From contig BCIN01000003.1 in NCBI GenBank assembly GCA_039545335.1, positions 2,241,060-2,305,059 on the forward strand: a stretch of DNA of 64,000 nucleotides, written 5' to 3'. The position numbers and the translations under genes were made by a program. This document shows positions 28,493 to 40,257 of the stretch, in pieces. The DNA is from Kondoa subrosea (Eukaryota). Numbering within the stretch: position 1 is the stretch's first letter; each line of letters starts with the position of its first letter. The notes beneath the pieces were generated by a model that saw only the letters and a list, made by a program, of their open reading frames with translations, did not search any database and was not told the origin of the DNA.

Positions 28493-31400
28493 TTAAGAGT
28501 ACTGCTCAGCCATGATGTTCACGATCAACGCTGTCCATCCTGTGAAAGGCCTGCTTCTTTGTCCTTCTCCTGTTCCGGGGTTGTACTGTTCCCATGCAAA
28601 TCCAGTCATTTGAAAGTTCTGAACAATAATCAGTGATTTCGCCAACGGGTTTGGACCCAAAGGGACTAACTCTGTAAACGTTGGCTATCAAATTCGCTCG
28701 AAGCTCGGTATAAATTTGTAGAGCTTGTTGTTGGTGCGGACCAGCTTGGCGTATATAGAACTGAATATCAGACGGTCAGAGACATGCTCTTTTGGATGTA
28801 CATAGTGTTGCGTGCCTTGTGAAGTGATTGCAACAGCATATAGTTCATTGGCATCCATATAGGACCTCGCCAATAGTTCTCGCCTTGACCAAAGAATGGA
28901 TCTGCTTTCGAGAGACTCAGAATACCGAAGGGCGACCAGAGATGTTCAGGATCGTGAATTAAATCCAGCAATATCTTCAAGTGGTCAGAATCCGGTTTAA
29001 GAAGACCCAACAATACCGGGAAGATGGTGATATAGCCCTATTACTGGTTCGTCAGAGAGGCCTCTTCAGCATTCAAAACATTCATGACGAACTTTGTGGC
29101 AAATGAAGTAGTTCTCATCTGCGAGAGGTTTGAGTAAATTACGAAATTCCGTAGGCACCGATTATACCGTCTTCGTCAATGCTTGCATCGCAATACATCT
29201 GATCGTTTTCGCTCCAATGTAGATCTGGTAGTTTGTCCTCATCAGAATTAGTTTTGGATGGTTTCTCATTCGACTCGCCCTCAATATTCTGTAGCAAGGA
29301 GTCATAGGCGTGCTCGTACTCTTCGACATCTTCTTCCTCTTCGATGTACGCTGCGATTTCGCCCATAGTCCGGGCAAAGAACGCCATCCAACTCGCTAGA
29401 TCCAGATGCAACTCCCCGATATGAGGTGGTTTAGCTCGAGGATAGTCATCTAATCCGCTGGTAAGCACATGATCTGCTGTTCTTCCCCGCCATCTGTATG
29501 CTTCTGTCCGGGACTTGGCTTTTCGTCCCCATTCTGTAATTTGGCCTCGTTGTGTTTCGCGGAACCACAGGTAATGCCGGCGGAGTTTAGGATATAGAGC
29601 ATGAAGATAATCAAGTGCTAGAGCAGGATCTTGCAAGAAAAGGTCGGCTTGTGTGAATGTTCCGGCAGCAGCAATGTTCTTCAGGAGCATACCCTGCGTC
29701 GCGTCCAATATATGGTCAGCTGTTATGTGGTTTGTATGCGCCTTCTTGAGCCGTTGGATTAGACTGGATACTGTCATTGCAAGAGTTGGCGGATTGGCGT
29801 TTTGAGGATATTGAGTCCAGAACTCTTTGGGCACCTATTGAAGGGCGTCTAGCTTATCTTGAGGACAAGAACTGCCAGAAGCCCTGACCTTACTTCGAGG
29901 CTCTTGGCCTAGAATCTGTTCACGGGCAATCCATCCAGTCTCGTCCGCCAAATTCATCCAAGACTCAAGTATTTCAAGGCTGAGGGTATTATCCCAAAGA
30001 CTTACGAGGGCCAAGTGGAAGCCTTCATCCCTTAACGCGTAGTTAGTATGTACAGGGCACTTCAACTTTCCTGCCTACCAATAGAAGCCTCTTGGGAAAA
30101 ATGATCTACTCGGAGTTGCGGTAAGGAGTTGCATAGGCTCTGTTGTACTTGGGTTCGGTATTCTAGTTTGCTCTCCTCGTACATCCAATTCGGCCAAGTC
30201 GTCGTAATCGTAAGCTGAACCTCGGTCGACTATCGCTGGACCATAAAAGTAGCCAATGCCCCCGATCATGCTCGATGTCAGAGTACGTGCGAAGTCTATC
30301 TCAGCTTCCGAGAAGCCTTTATGTCGCAAGGCGAACAGATCTTCAAACCGAGAGTCATACATTGCGCTTGACGCTTGCAACCCGGCTGTCATGCTTTTGG
30401 CTTACAAAGAAGGTCAAATTCTGCCATTCCTCACGAGAATGGCGCGATTTACAGTCTATTTTGGAACCTGGCGAATTTGAGTCGAAGTAGACGTCGAGGA
30501 CAAAGGGGCCTTCGTAATTTTTTTGCACAGCAAAGAGGTTAGATCCAGGGGCAACTTCGTTCGGAAGGTTTATGATGAGTGCTGGATCTGGTAGATCTTC
30601 CCTGGAGAACTTGGCCAGCATTTTTTCCACTCTCGAATTGGTTGCCGCCAGAATGAGATCTGTTCAGGCCATGTTGAGCCTCTGACTTGCAAGCTTACCA
30701 AAGAAAAGACACCTTTGGCTCGCCAAGCCTGGTTAGGACCGACTTGAGCACCCAGATAGTGAAATAGGTCCAGGCTGTCGCCAAAATCATCCGCATGTTT
30801 ACCAGGTGTCATGGACGAATCGCTTTCAATTTCTTCTATCCGGACAGTGAAGTCACCAAGCTCAGATGTCTTCCCTTGGAAATGGACAGGCCCATCAAGA
30901 CCCTGATGCACCGTTTATAAGCTGTGGCAATGACCGCAAGAGAATAGCGCTCACTTCCTGCTGTTGAGGCGTTACCATCTCTATCTCTCCAAATCCTTCC
31001 AAAGCAGCGTAGTGTATTAGACTGATTCGCGAAGGCTTGCCTGCGCGCGCTTCAATACTCTGAGATAGCATGCATGGAAAGAGGCTGCCTACTGTGATCG
31101 ATAGGTTCTCCTGCTATTCGCACACCCCAGCTACCTCCTAAAGAGACGGAGATGAGCATCTCGAGTACACTGCGAAGCCATCGACTTCACCAAACTGTCC
31201 TCCAGGGATTTTCAGGAAAGAGATGGTAAGCTTGACGTTGTTTATTCCATCTACGATCTCTTGTACTGCGTAGCTTCGTCCATCATGCTTTAAATAATTG
31301 TAACTCGAGACCCCGTCATCTTGTTCGCATGAATGTCGTATGCCTAAATCAGCACCAGAAATGAACTGAGCCTGGGCATCGTTCCACGCAGCAATGAAAA

Positions 31401-31605
31401 ACAAACGGCCGAGAGAAGGCAGATCTTGAACACCAAACCAGATCAAGCCTGTCATCAGTGATTCAGGCAAACGAGGTCGAAGGCCAAAGTAAAGGTTAGG
31501 CCGATATGTAGACCAATCCACTTTAGTGATGTTGCTCGCATCTTGAGCGAAGACGTTAAAGAATGCTGCCAACACGGGCAGCAGCAGCAACACCCTTGGA
31601 AGCAT
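28493..31605 (-). CDS. CWH41: Mannosyl-oligosaccharide glucosidase I (GH63)
   Basis: Signal peptide; [69 protein letters not shown]. Confidence 0.95.
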
Positions 31606-31634
31606 TTTGGACGGAAGGTGGTTCCTCTCGAACG

Positions 31635-32783
31635 ATGACTTCTGTGGTTATGCAAGATGCTGGCAACAAGCAGCAATCAAGAAGGCTCTTCAAGCTATTC
31701 TCCAGTCTACGACACAAGCGGCCTGCCATCAATCATGTTCCATCCGCTCAAGCTCAACGTTCTGCACGCCCCGCGAAGCATGAAGTACCCGATGCTATAG
31801 CAGTGACGCCTCAGGGACAATCGCTAAGGCATAAAGCTACCATCCACGCAGCCCTGCCTGTAGAGTCAGCAATTCAGTCAGAAACTCGTTCGAGGTCTTC
31901 CTCAAGCTCGACTTCTTCGGGGGCAGATGGCGATGCTTCAACAAGACCCCAGATCTCTCCTTCCTCTTCTCAGCCAACCTTCAATGAAGCAGCTTCAGCC
32001 TTCTCTCATTCGACTTCGAACCTTTCGCAAACCAATCGCACATATAAATCTTCCGCTTCTGTAGCTCCTTCCCACGCCAGCACAAAACCAACTACAGTAA
32101 TGAGTGTCTCAGATCATGGAGCCAATAGAATCGCGCAGCAAACAGACAGGCAGACCAATGGGGTCGCTGCCTCCAGCAGATCACCCATCAATGCGTTGAT
32201 ACGGGCTGATTCAACCGCAACTAACGGATCACTTTTACCTTCTTCCTCTTCCATTCAATTCTCGGCTTTACCATCAGCCTCGTCTATTAGTTCCGCGCAT
32301 GCGCTTGAAACACCTCAACAGCATTATCCCTCCTACTCTCATCATCACCCCAGGAACAATCCACATCCGTCTTCTCCAGCTCTGGACAATGCCTCGGTCT
32401 TGACATTGGCTTCTTCTTCAGCTGGTCTAAGAGAAGAGCAACTCGAAACATCAATGAATCAGCAAGACGAGAATGCGTCTATGAGAGCTTTGCCTCCTTC
32501 TCGTCGACCGTCCGAAACATCGCTATCGAGTCGATATTCCGGAGCAGTCCTGGGCGGCAGTCTAAGACCAGCTTCACTTCTGACGGTCGCTACAACCAAC
32601 ACGGGAATCTTGTACGGAAAAGAGCGCAGGCAAAGTGCAGGGATGAGTTTAGGCGAGGTGCAAGAACCGGATACGGGCGAGGACAGGGCGAATCAAACTC
32701 CAGCCCAGAAAGTACAATGGGATTCTCAGCACGAAGATGATGGGAAAAGCGGGATGGTGACAGCGCCAACCTCTCCTATATGA
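31635..32783 (+). CDS. Ser-rich intrinsically disordered protein (hypothetical, apparently intronless)
   Basis: Long uninterrupted ORF with ASTKPTT, HHPRNNPHPSSP..DNASVLTLASS and DENASMRALPP blocks; start codon uncertain (31563/31635/31650). Confidence 0.65.
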   Translation: MTSVVMQDAGNKQQSRRLFKLFSSLRHKRPAINHVPSAQAQRSARPAKHEVPDAIAVTPQGQSLRHKATIHAALPVESAIQSETRSRSSSSSTSSGADGDASTRPQISPSSSQPTFNEAASAFSHSTSNLSQTNRTYKSSASVAPSHASTKPTTVMSVSDHGANRIAQQTDRQTNGVAASSRSPINALIRADSTATNGSLLPSSSSIQFSALPSASSISSAHALETPQQHYPSYSHHHPRNNPHPSSPALDNASVLTLASSSAGLREEQLETSMNQQDENASMRALPPSRRPSETSLSSRYSGAVLGGSLRPASLLTVATTNTGILYGKERRQSAGMSLGEVQEPDTGEDRANQTPAQKVQWDSQHEDDGKSGMVTAPTSPI

Positions 32784-33771
32784 CACTCGTAAGCGATGAT
32801 GCCTATTATTTATTGTTCAAGCCAGTGTTGACCGTGCCGTAATCAGAATGAGGCATGTTGAGGAGGTCGTCTGCGTTGCAGTATTGCACAGCTATAAATC
32901 GAGTTTGATCGGAAGTAATGTATTCATGTATTCAGAACGGTATGCTCACCTAGCTCTGCTATTGAGTATGCTTCTTTCGCTGCGCTAGTACGTCTCGTGG
33001 CGGCCCATACCCTTCGTCGAACTTCTCTTTTTGCACATTGTTTGTTAGTGCCTGATTTCTGCCGTGGCCGGACTATAGTATCATCTCCTTTCATGCTTTT
33101 CGCTGAAGCAATTCCGCTTTGCAACTCGTCTCCGTTTTTTCTTCCCTGACAGCTGTCTTGCTAGGCGCGAGGTACCTAGTTGTCTTTATTTATGCACTCT
33201 ATACGCTGCACGATGAACGAGATTCTCTTTTGGCGTCGACACGAATGATAACTGTGGACATTACACATGCCACAATCTTCGATGAGCTCGGATTCGACTT
33301 TCAAATTTCCTTCATCCAGAGGTGAAACTGAGACCTTTGTCTTCTTCTCATCACGATGCAGTCGATATATCGAGAGAAGTCTTCGATAAGCTACCCAGGC
33401 ACAGTCAAACTCTCTGCTCTTTTACCTCTTCTACCTCATTCGCACACTAGGTCAGGGTTCAAATTTCGCTGCTGACCTCTGGAATGTCACAAGCTCGACG
33501 CTGGTCAAATTCAGTACAAAAGACCCGCAAAACAGGGACCAGTTAAGCAACAACAAAGAGCAAAAAACGACTTGATGAAGGTTGAAGAGATTCCCGATGA
33601 AACGATGAAACGATATTCTCGATTGTCTTCGCAGTCAGCCACAGCCGACAACTACGGTGCAAGAGTAACCCCTCGCCCCGCGCCAAGCCCGATGGAGGAA
33701 CTCTAAATGCCCTACATAACCAAGAAATTGAATAATGATTCTAAAATGCATCTGATTGATTCCGCAAACCC

Positions 33772-33861
33772 GCTGTTTTGTCCGAGTGGTTAAGGAGATA
33801 CGTTCAGGATCAGAAGCTCGTATTGGGGCAACCCGCGACGGTTCGAATCCGTCAGACAGCA
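33772..33861 (+). tRNA. tRNA-Leu(CAG) with 9-nt intron (33809-33817)
   Basis: Acceptor GCTGTTT/AGACAGC+A73, D-loop GAGTGGTTAA, anticodon stem ATACG/CGTAT, long variable arm, T-arm GACGG-TTCGAAT-CCGTC, downstream T-run. Confidence 0.93.
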
Positions 33862-33975
33862 AGGAGGCTTTGTTTTTTTTGTGGGAATGTACTCTGGGCT
33901 AGTGGTGCAAGATGAAACGGTGAGAGATCTCACCGTGAGACAGCTGAGTATAATAAGATCACGGGTTTTCTAGTG

Positions 33976-34351
33976 CTTCTTTTGATTGTTTGCTTTGCGG
34001 CAGAGACATGCGCTTCACTTCCATCCTCGCGTTTGATTGTTCCTCTTTCGCTTGACATGGTCTATCTGGGTCTGGTAGCAGATGTAAGAGAGCACACGAG
34101 TCTTGCTATGGTTGTCTAGGAAAGAAAGTACTGAGAATAGACAGGAAGGCAGTCAGAGAGACCGAAATAAAACTGAAGTACAGTAGATTGCAAGGCAAGC
34201 CAAAGACAGAGGTGCAATGACAAAGGACAACGCAACGCAAGCAGCTGACAGTACACGAGGCAAGCGGAGGAAATGAAAGGTGACGCTGCTCAGCTGCAAG
34301 CCGCGACTTCAGGTGCGCGGCTCGCTTCAATTCTCCCCTTTGAAAAAGACA
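33976..34351. repeat. ~370-bp direct repeat copy 1 (duplicate of 36213-36589, includes a frameshifted 5' end of the aminotransferase)
   Basis: Near-identical by eye to 36213-36589; duplicated ATG at 34058 (-); gagacatg versus gagaccatg single-base deletion. Confidence 0.92.
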
Positions 34352-34390
34352 AGCTTTCGATGCAGCTAGCAGCCCATGTCTCTTGAACGT

Positions 34391-36297
34391 CTAAGACCCC
34401 TGACCAGGATGATCCACCTTGGTTGTATCCTTGTTCTGCGTTGCAAACTGAGAAGCTGTAAACAAGAGAGAAACACAGGACTTACGGTGTTCTCCTTGTA
34501 ATCGCCAACAAAGTGATCGAGATGGCCATGCTCGTCCTGATGAGCCTTGGTCTTCTTCAAGACTCTCTCAAAAGCGTCAAGACCTCGGTCGAGCTGTGCC
34601 ATTTCTGGACCGAACGATAACTACGCGCAAAATAAGTATAACGAGAGGCACAAACAGACAGCTATTGAGCGTACTCGTACGAAGTGGTGACATGGGCTTT
34701 CGAACAGGTTGCGGCGATGATTGGGGTTCTGCAGAATCATTTAGTTCTTTTCATATCGGCAAATCAATGGAAAAAGTACGAGATCGAAGAAGATACCGGG
34801 AACACAAATGCACTTCTCCTTCAGCAATTCTTCAAACATGACCAATCCCGAGTTAATGGGAGCAGGCAATGATGACAAGTCAAGCCAAATGTAGAAAGTG
34901 TGCGTAGGAGGATGTTTGACTGGTAAACCCATCTTCTCCAAACGCTTCAAAACGTGATCTCGCTGCGATAGATATCATACATATATAATACATATACAGT
35001 ACGCTTAAAACGTACTTTAGCCTTGAAATGTCTCTGCAGAGCAATTTTGTCTTGCTGGACTCGAGCGTGGTCCAGCAGCGGAATCGATGCAAGCTGTATC
35101 GGATGACTCGTTCCGCCATCCAAGAAAGAGCCAGACTGTGACAAAGCCTCAACCAACTTAGCTGGACCAATTACCCAACAGCAGCGGAATCCAGGTAGAC
35201 GGAAGTTTTTGGTAAGACCATCAATGAGGACCTGTTCCCTCGGAGCCAATTCAAGCTCTCGGCGTGATCGTATACTTCGAAAATACATACAACAGCGTCG
35301 TCATCAACATCTTCCACATAAGAAGCTCCTGAGTGCGAGATACCCTCTTCTCCTTCGGCATAGTTGTACCAGCTATAGAACTCATCCAGGATGATTGTTG
35401 TTCCACCACGGGCTAAGTCAATCAAGGTTTTCAACTCGTCACCCACAACCGCTTGTCCAGTCGGATTTCTTGGGTTGGAAGCAACCACACAGCTGATACC
35501 TTGACTTTTGATGGAGTTCTTCAAGTCTTCGATGTTCAACTTGTAGGCATCTTCTTCTTTGAGCGAAGAAGGTATAGGAACAAGCTTTTTGAAGACCGAC
35601 AACATGGCATCGTACTGATCCAGGCGACAGCATCAGTAGTTGTCGAGTACGAGAATGAATAAAAGGCAGCGCACCGCAGTGTACTCTGGAATTTGATAAG
35701 CAGTGTATACCTCACCAATGACAGCAGCGATTCGCGTCAGGCCAGCTCGACCTATCCCATACGAGCGTCAGCGTTGTTCTAAATTTTTCTCCGGGGAACG
35801 AAGAACAGGAGAAAGAGAGAGACGTACCTCCCGGAACAATACAAACATTTTTGTAAGTGTATTGAGAAGATTTGTTTTGCCTATAAGTGGTATTGTACAG
35901 GCTAGCCACTGCTTCGCGAAGGGGGCGCGCTCCGGCTGTAGGAGAATACTCCAGACAATCCTGACCGAAAGCGCTGATGTCGATAGAGGTGGGTCGAGGA
36001 CTTCCACCGGGTATGTCACCAACTTCAGGAGCGCCTTGGCCGAAATTGGCCCAGTCTGGGTCCTCATTACCTTTGAATCCGTTCGCATTCGCTCGGTCTG
36101 TACAGTAGATAACTCCAGTGGCACCCTATCATAAAATGAGATAATCCATGTAAACATACTGACCTTTCATTCTCACGTACAGGCATATCGATCCCTGGCA
36201 ATTCATGCTCTTTCTTCTTTTGGTCGTTTGCTTTGCGATAGAGACCATGCGCTTCACTTCCATCCTCGTGTTTGATTGATCCTCTTTCGCTTGACAT
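34391..36297 (-). CDS. PLP-dependent aminotransferase class I/II
   Basis: WANFGQGAPE, VASNPRNPTG, IILDEFY, IDGLTKNFRLPG (PLP lysine), CICVPGIFFD. Confidence 0.92.
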
Positions 36298-36589
36298 GGT
36301 CTATCTGGGTCTGATAGCAGATGTAAGACAGCACACGAGTCTTGCTATGGTTGTCTAGGAAAGAAAGTACTGAGAATAGACAGGAAGGCAGTCAGAGGGA
36401 CCGAAATAGAACTGAAGTACAGTAGACTGCAAGGCAAGCCAAAGACAGAGGTGCAATGACAAAGGACAACGCAACACAAGCAGCTGACAGTACACGAGGC
36501 GCCGAGGAAATGAAAGGTGACGGAATCGCTCCTCAACTACAAACGAAGACTTGCGCGTCTCGTTTGGATTCTCCTCTTTTGAGAAGACA
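36213..36589. repeat. ~370-bp direct repeat copy 2 (aminotransferase 5' end plus divergent promoter region)
   Basis: Matches 33976-34351. Confidence 0.92.
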
Positions 36590-36597
36590 TCATCAGC

Positions 36598-37636
36598 ATG
36601 TCGTCAACTGGATCAGGCTACGACCTTTCTTCATCAACGTATTCGCCTGACGGACGTCTCTTCCAAGTAGAATAGTTCGCATTGCTCTTTGCTCCTTCGG
36701 CCCGCAGCTGTATCTGACGGGTGGCTGTAGCGCCAACAAAGCCGTGGAGAACGCAGGAACAGTCATCGGTCTGAAGTTAAAGGACGGTATCCTTTTGGCT
36801 GTAGAGAAGCTCGTCCAATCGAAATTACTCGTTCCTGGTGCGAACAGGCGCATTGCAACGGTTGACACACACGCAGGACTGGTAATGCGCTTCGTCTCCC
36901 CAGTCGCATCGCATTAGCTGACTACAGAGCGAAACAGGCAACAGCTGGACTCTTGGCTGATGGCAGACATTTGGCTAATCGGGCAACGGAAGAAGCAGAG
37001 AACTACAGAGAGCAGTACCATTCGCCATCTCCTGTTAAGGTCTGATGCCTAAATTCCTCTGAGGTATCATGTGCTGAGGACTAATTTCTTACTCAAGGTC
37101 CTGGCTGATCGATTAGGACTTTATTGTCAAGCCTACACTCTCTATTCTTCTGTTCGACCATTCGGTCTTTCGGCTATCCTGGGAGGAGTGGACAAAGCTT
37201 TCGGTCCAAGCCTGTTTTGTGTAGAACCGAGCGGCGTGTATTGGGTGAGCGGATTTCGTTCGAGGCAAAGAAATCAGACTTCTCACCTTCTGTTATCTGA
37301 TAGGGTTACAGAGGATGCGCGATTGGCAAGGGAAGACAGTTGGCCAAGACTGAGATAGAAAAACTCAAGCTGGAGGAAATGACGGCCAAAGAAGCTATCG
37401 ACGAGGCAGCGAGAATGTTCGGTTCCGTCACATCTGTTTCGCGAGCCGTGCCTGATCACTTGTCATGCAGAATATACCTGGTTCATGACGACGCAAAAGA
37501 CAAAGAATTCGAATTGGAAATGACATGGGTATCACCGGAAACAGGCAACAAACACGTTCCTGTACCTAAGGATTTGTTGGCAGAAGCTGAGAGGAAAGCC
37601 AAAGAAAGTCTCTCGCAGGAGATGGAGGATGATTGA
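36598..37636 (+). CDS. PRE10: 20S proteasome subunit alpha-7 (alpha type 3)
   Basis: [72 protein letters not shown]. Confidence 0.96.
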
Positions 37637-37681
37637 TGCTTGCAATACACATTTTTGTTATACCTCGTCGCTTCCTATTGC

Positions 37682-38208
37682 TCAAAGACCAAAGATGCTT
37701 CCCAGACCACCTCCTGCCTTACCATTCGCTGGTACAGCTTGCTGATTGGCCTGACTCTCTTGCTGTACCTGTATTTCGAAAGATATTGGGCCAAGTAGAT
37801 TGCAATTGAAGGATACGGTGCTCACCTGCATTCTTTTGCCTACTACTTCATTCACAGCGAAATATTTTGCAACACATCTAGAATCAACAAGATCAGCGGT
37901 GCAGACACACACTTTCAAAGTGCTTGATGATTAACCTATCCAGACAAACTCCCTCTCCCTTGTTGATTGTGCCTTCTCTGTAATACCCTTCTGGTATGCA
38001 TTTGGCATGACAGCTTTTTACCAGTCGATTGAAGAGATCAGAAACCTGAGTCAACCTAAATTAACTTCTGCTATAAGAGCTCAAAAAACACAAGATTCCG
38101 CGCCATATCGACTTCCAACGAGGCCTGTTCCAGTCGCTCGTTGTTCACTGGCTGTGGTGCATTCTGGCCAAAAGGGGAGCTCTGCCGACCAGTATTAAAG
38201 AGGGACAT
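37682..38208 (-). CDS. TIM10: Mitochondrial small Tim chaperone Tim10
   Basis: LEQASLEVDM...FNRLVKSCHAKCI...KGEGVCLDRCVAKYF twin CX3C motif. Confidence 0.9.
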
Positions 38209-38251
38209 TGTCGTTTGAGAGCAACACTGCTTCTCTCGACACAAGCAACCG

Positions 38252-39485
38252 ATGGTCAGACGAATTGCACCTACATCCGAATCCGAGGAAGATGAGCTAG
38301 CCAGTGACACAGAAGCCAAGGCAGCCTCGCCGATTCCTTCGATCAGAACTAATAATGCTCGAAGAGCTTCAAAAGCACGCGATGTACCCGCTCCTGACTA
38401 TTCTGAAGGATCTGAATCTGGTTCGGATCCGCAAGATGAGGAAGAACAGGACGAGTTGCTGGATGAAAGCGATGTATATTCGGAATCTAACGCTCAGGAA
38501 GATGGTGTAGACGAGGACGAGCGGCTGCCTGCTGTAGTGCCTGTTACTGGCAAGCCTGCTCCACAAGGTTTCAAGATCAAGCGTGACTAACTGCCTGGTC
38601 TCATGTTGCGAGTCTATACTAAGGCTTTCTATAACACAGTAAAGATTGGCGGCCAGTCTCCCGCACCTTCTCCTACCTTTCCTCCGCCCTATCAAGCTTC
38701 TTCATCTCGTGCACCAAGCGCCAACGGTAGCGCTACTCGATCTTCAGCTAGACAAACCAGTACAAAGCGAAAACGCGCTTCCTCTCAATTAGGTGGAGAT
38801 GCATCTCAGCTCTTAGGCAGAAATGCTCACTTGTAACTTGGCGTACAGATGATGAAGAGGACTCAGATGCGTCCGGAACCAGTTCAGTCGCGTATGGTCG
38901 AATGACTGCAAGACAACGAGCCAAAGAATTGGGTAACGAGGCAGTGGATGAGCTTATCTCTCTACCAAATGGTGCGTTTTCTTGGCGATGGCATGCCACT
39001 TGACCCAATCCGATGATCATGACACAGTGGCTCTGAAAGGGAAAAAGAAACAACTAACTGAAGCTGAAGCTGCTTTGAAAAAATCGGAGGATTCAAGAAA
39101 GAGGAAAGCTCAAGTCGATGCCAAATTGGAAGCTGAAGTGGGTATAGGATGTTTACTCGTCACTTCTTTGGCTCATTTGACATCGCAGAAACAAGAAACT
39201 ATCAATCGCCTGCTCAAAAAACAAGCTGGAAGATCACGAGGAGCCAAGGCAGATCCATCCAACACTGGTACCTCTACACCTTTGGCTACAGATGCGATCG
39301 CTCTTCGGCCTGTTATTGAACCAGTACTACCAACTATGATTCGGTATATCTCAAGCACAAAGACCGGGCAGCTGTTGCAAAGTGTCAGTGTGCCTATAGG
39401 GAAAGAAGACTTTCTGCGCATGGGTACAAGCGAGGTCAAGTATCCTGTTCCGAGGCCAGCTTTGAAGACTAGGAGGCTGAAGTGA
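38252..39485 (+). CDS. IES2: INO80 complex subunit Ies2 (PAPA-1 domain)
   Basis: Acidic N-terminus, MTARQRAK, LTEAEAALKKSEDSRKRK....EKQETINRLLKKQ, MIRYISS. Confidence 0.8.
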
Positions 39486-39950
39486 ATGTATTTCTTATTG
39501 CTTGTCGATACGATGTGCGCAACATGCGCTTGATTTTGACTCCCTAGTAGCCAGCTGGAGGACAAACACAAAAGAGGCTGAGGAGACAGTGAGAAGCTTT
39601 CTAGGCAGCGCTAACTTCTCACTACGCAGTACTCTAACCTTTGATCGAAGACTTATTATGTAAGCAAGCTCAAACTCTCATAGTCCTCCTTCCCTTTCAC
39701 CTACTGTCTCCACGCCGGTCAATTTAGATTTTTCTTCCGTACCTACACCTCCTCTTCCTCTATGTCCTTCGGGAATGTATATCCTCTTCTTGCGCCGCGT
39801 GAAAGATCCCTTTGGAATCACTTGAAGTGAAGATTTCTCGTTGCTCTCTGTCCTTCTCTCCCTTGTTTTTCTGTTGCTCGCCGTATCAATCCTCTCTCCC
39901 TTCTCCTGGGGCGAACAAAAAACGTGTCCCCAACGGCGCGTGCAAAAAGT

Positions 39951-40035
39951 TGAACCATAAGCGATTTGAACGCTTAACCTTCTGGAGCTTCAGAATGCTC
40001 TGGAATCAGACGCGCTACCGTTGCGCCAACGGTCC
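39951..40035 (-). tRNA. tRNA-Trp(CCA) with ~13-nt intron
   Basis: GGACCGT/ATGGTTC acceptor, GCGC-AACGGTA-GCGC D-arm, TCTGA-TT-CCA-G, intron agcattctgaagc, T-arm AAGCG-TTCAAAT-CGCTT, T5 terminator. Confidence 0.9.
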
Positions 40036-40257
40036 AATGTAAGCATCAGAAGGTCATACATATCTATAACATATGGTACAGTTTTTTGTAACCTACAAAA
40101 AACTGCATTAAGGCATCAAAGACTGACCTGGCAAAGACAATCGAGAATATCGTTTCATCGTTTCACTGCGGTTGTACCCAAACCAAAGTCGGATCCCAAA
40201 CGCTAAGGCAGGAGTTCTAGGCCTCTGTGTAGGCAAAATTAGCAGAAACTGATCTCT

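Noticed and set aside
32800..33760. Small gene in the 1-kb gap before tRNA-Leu
   Set aside because: No supportable ORF or RNA structure was found by eye.
33772..33861. tRNA(CAG) as a sign of CUG codon reassignment
   Set aside because: It has A73, U33 and a Leu-type structure; nothing indicates Ser or Ala identity.
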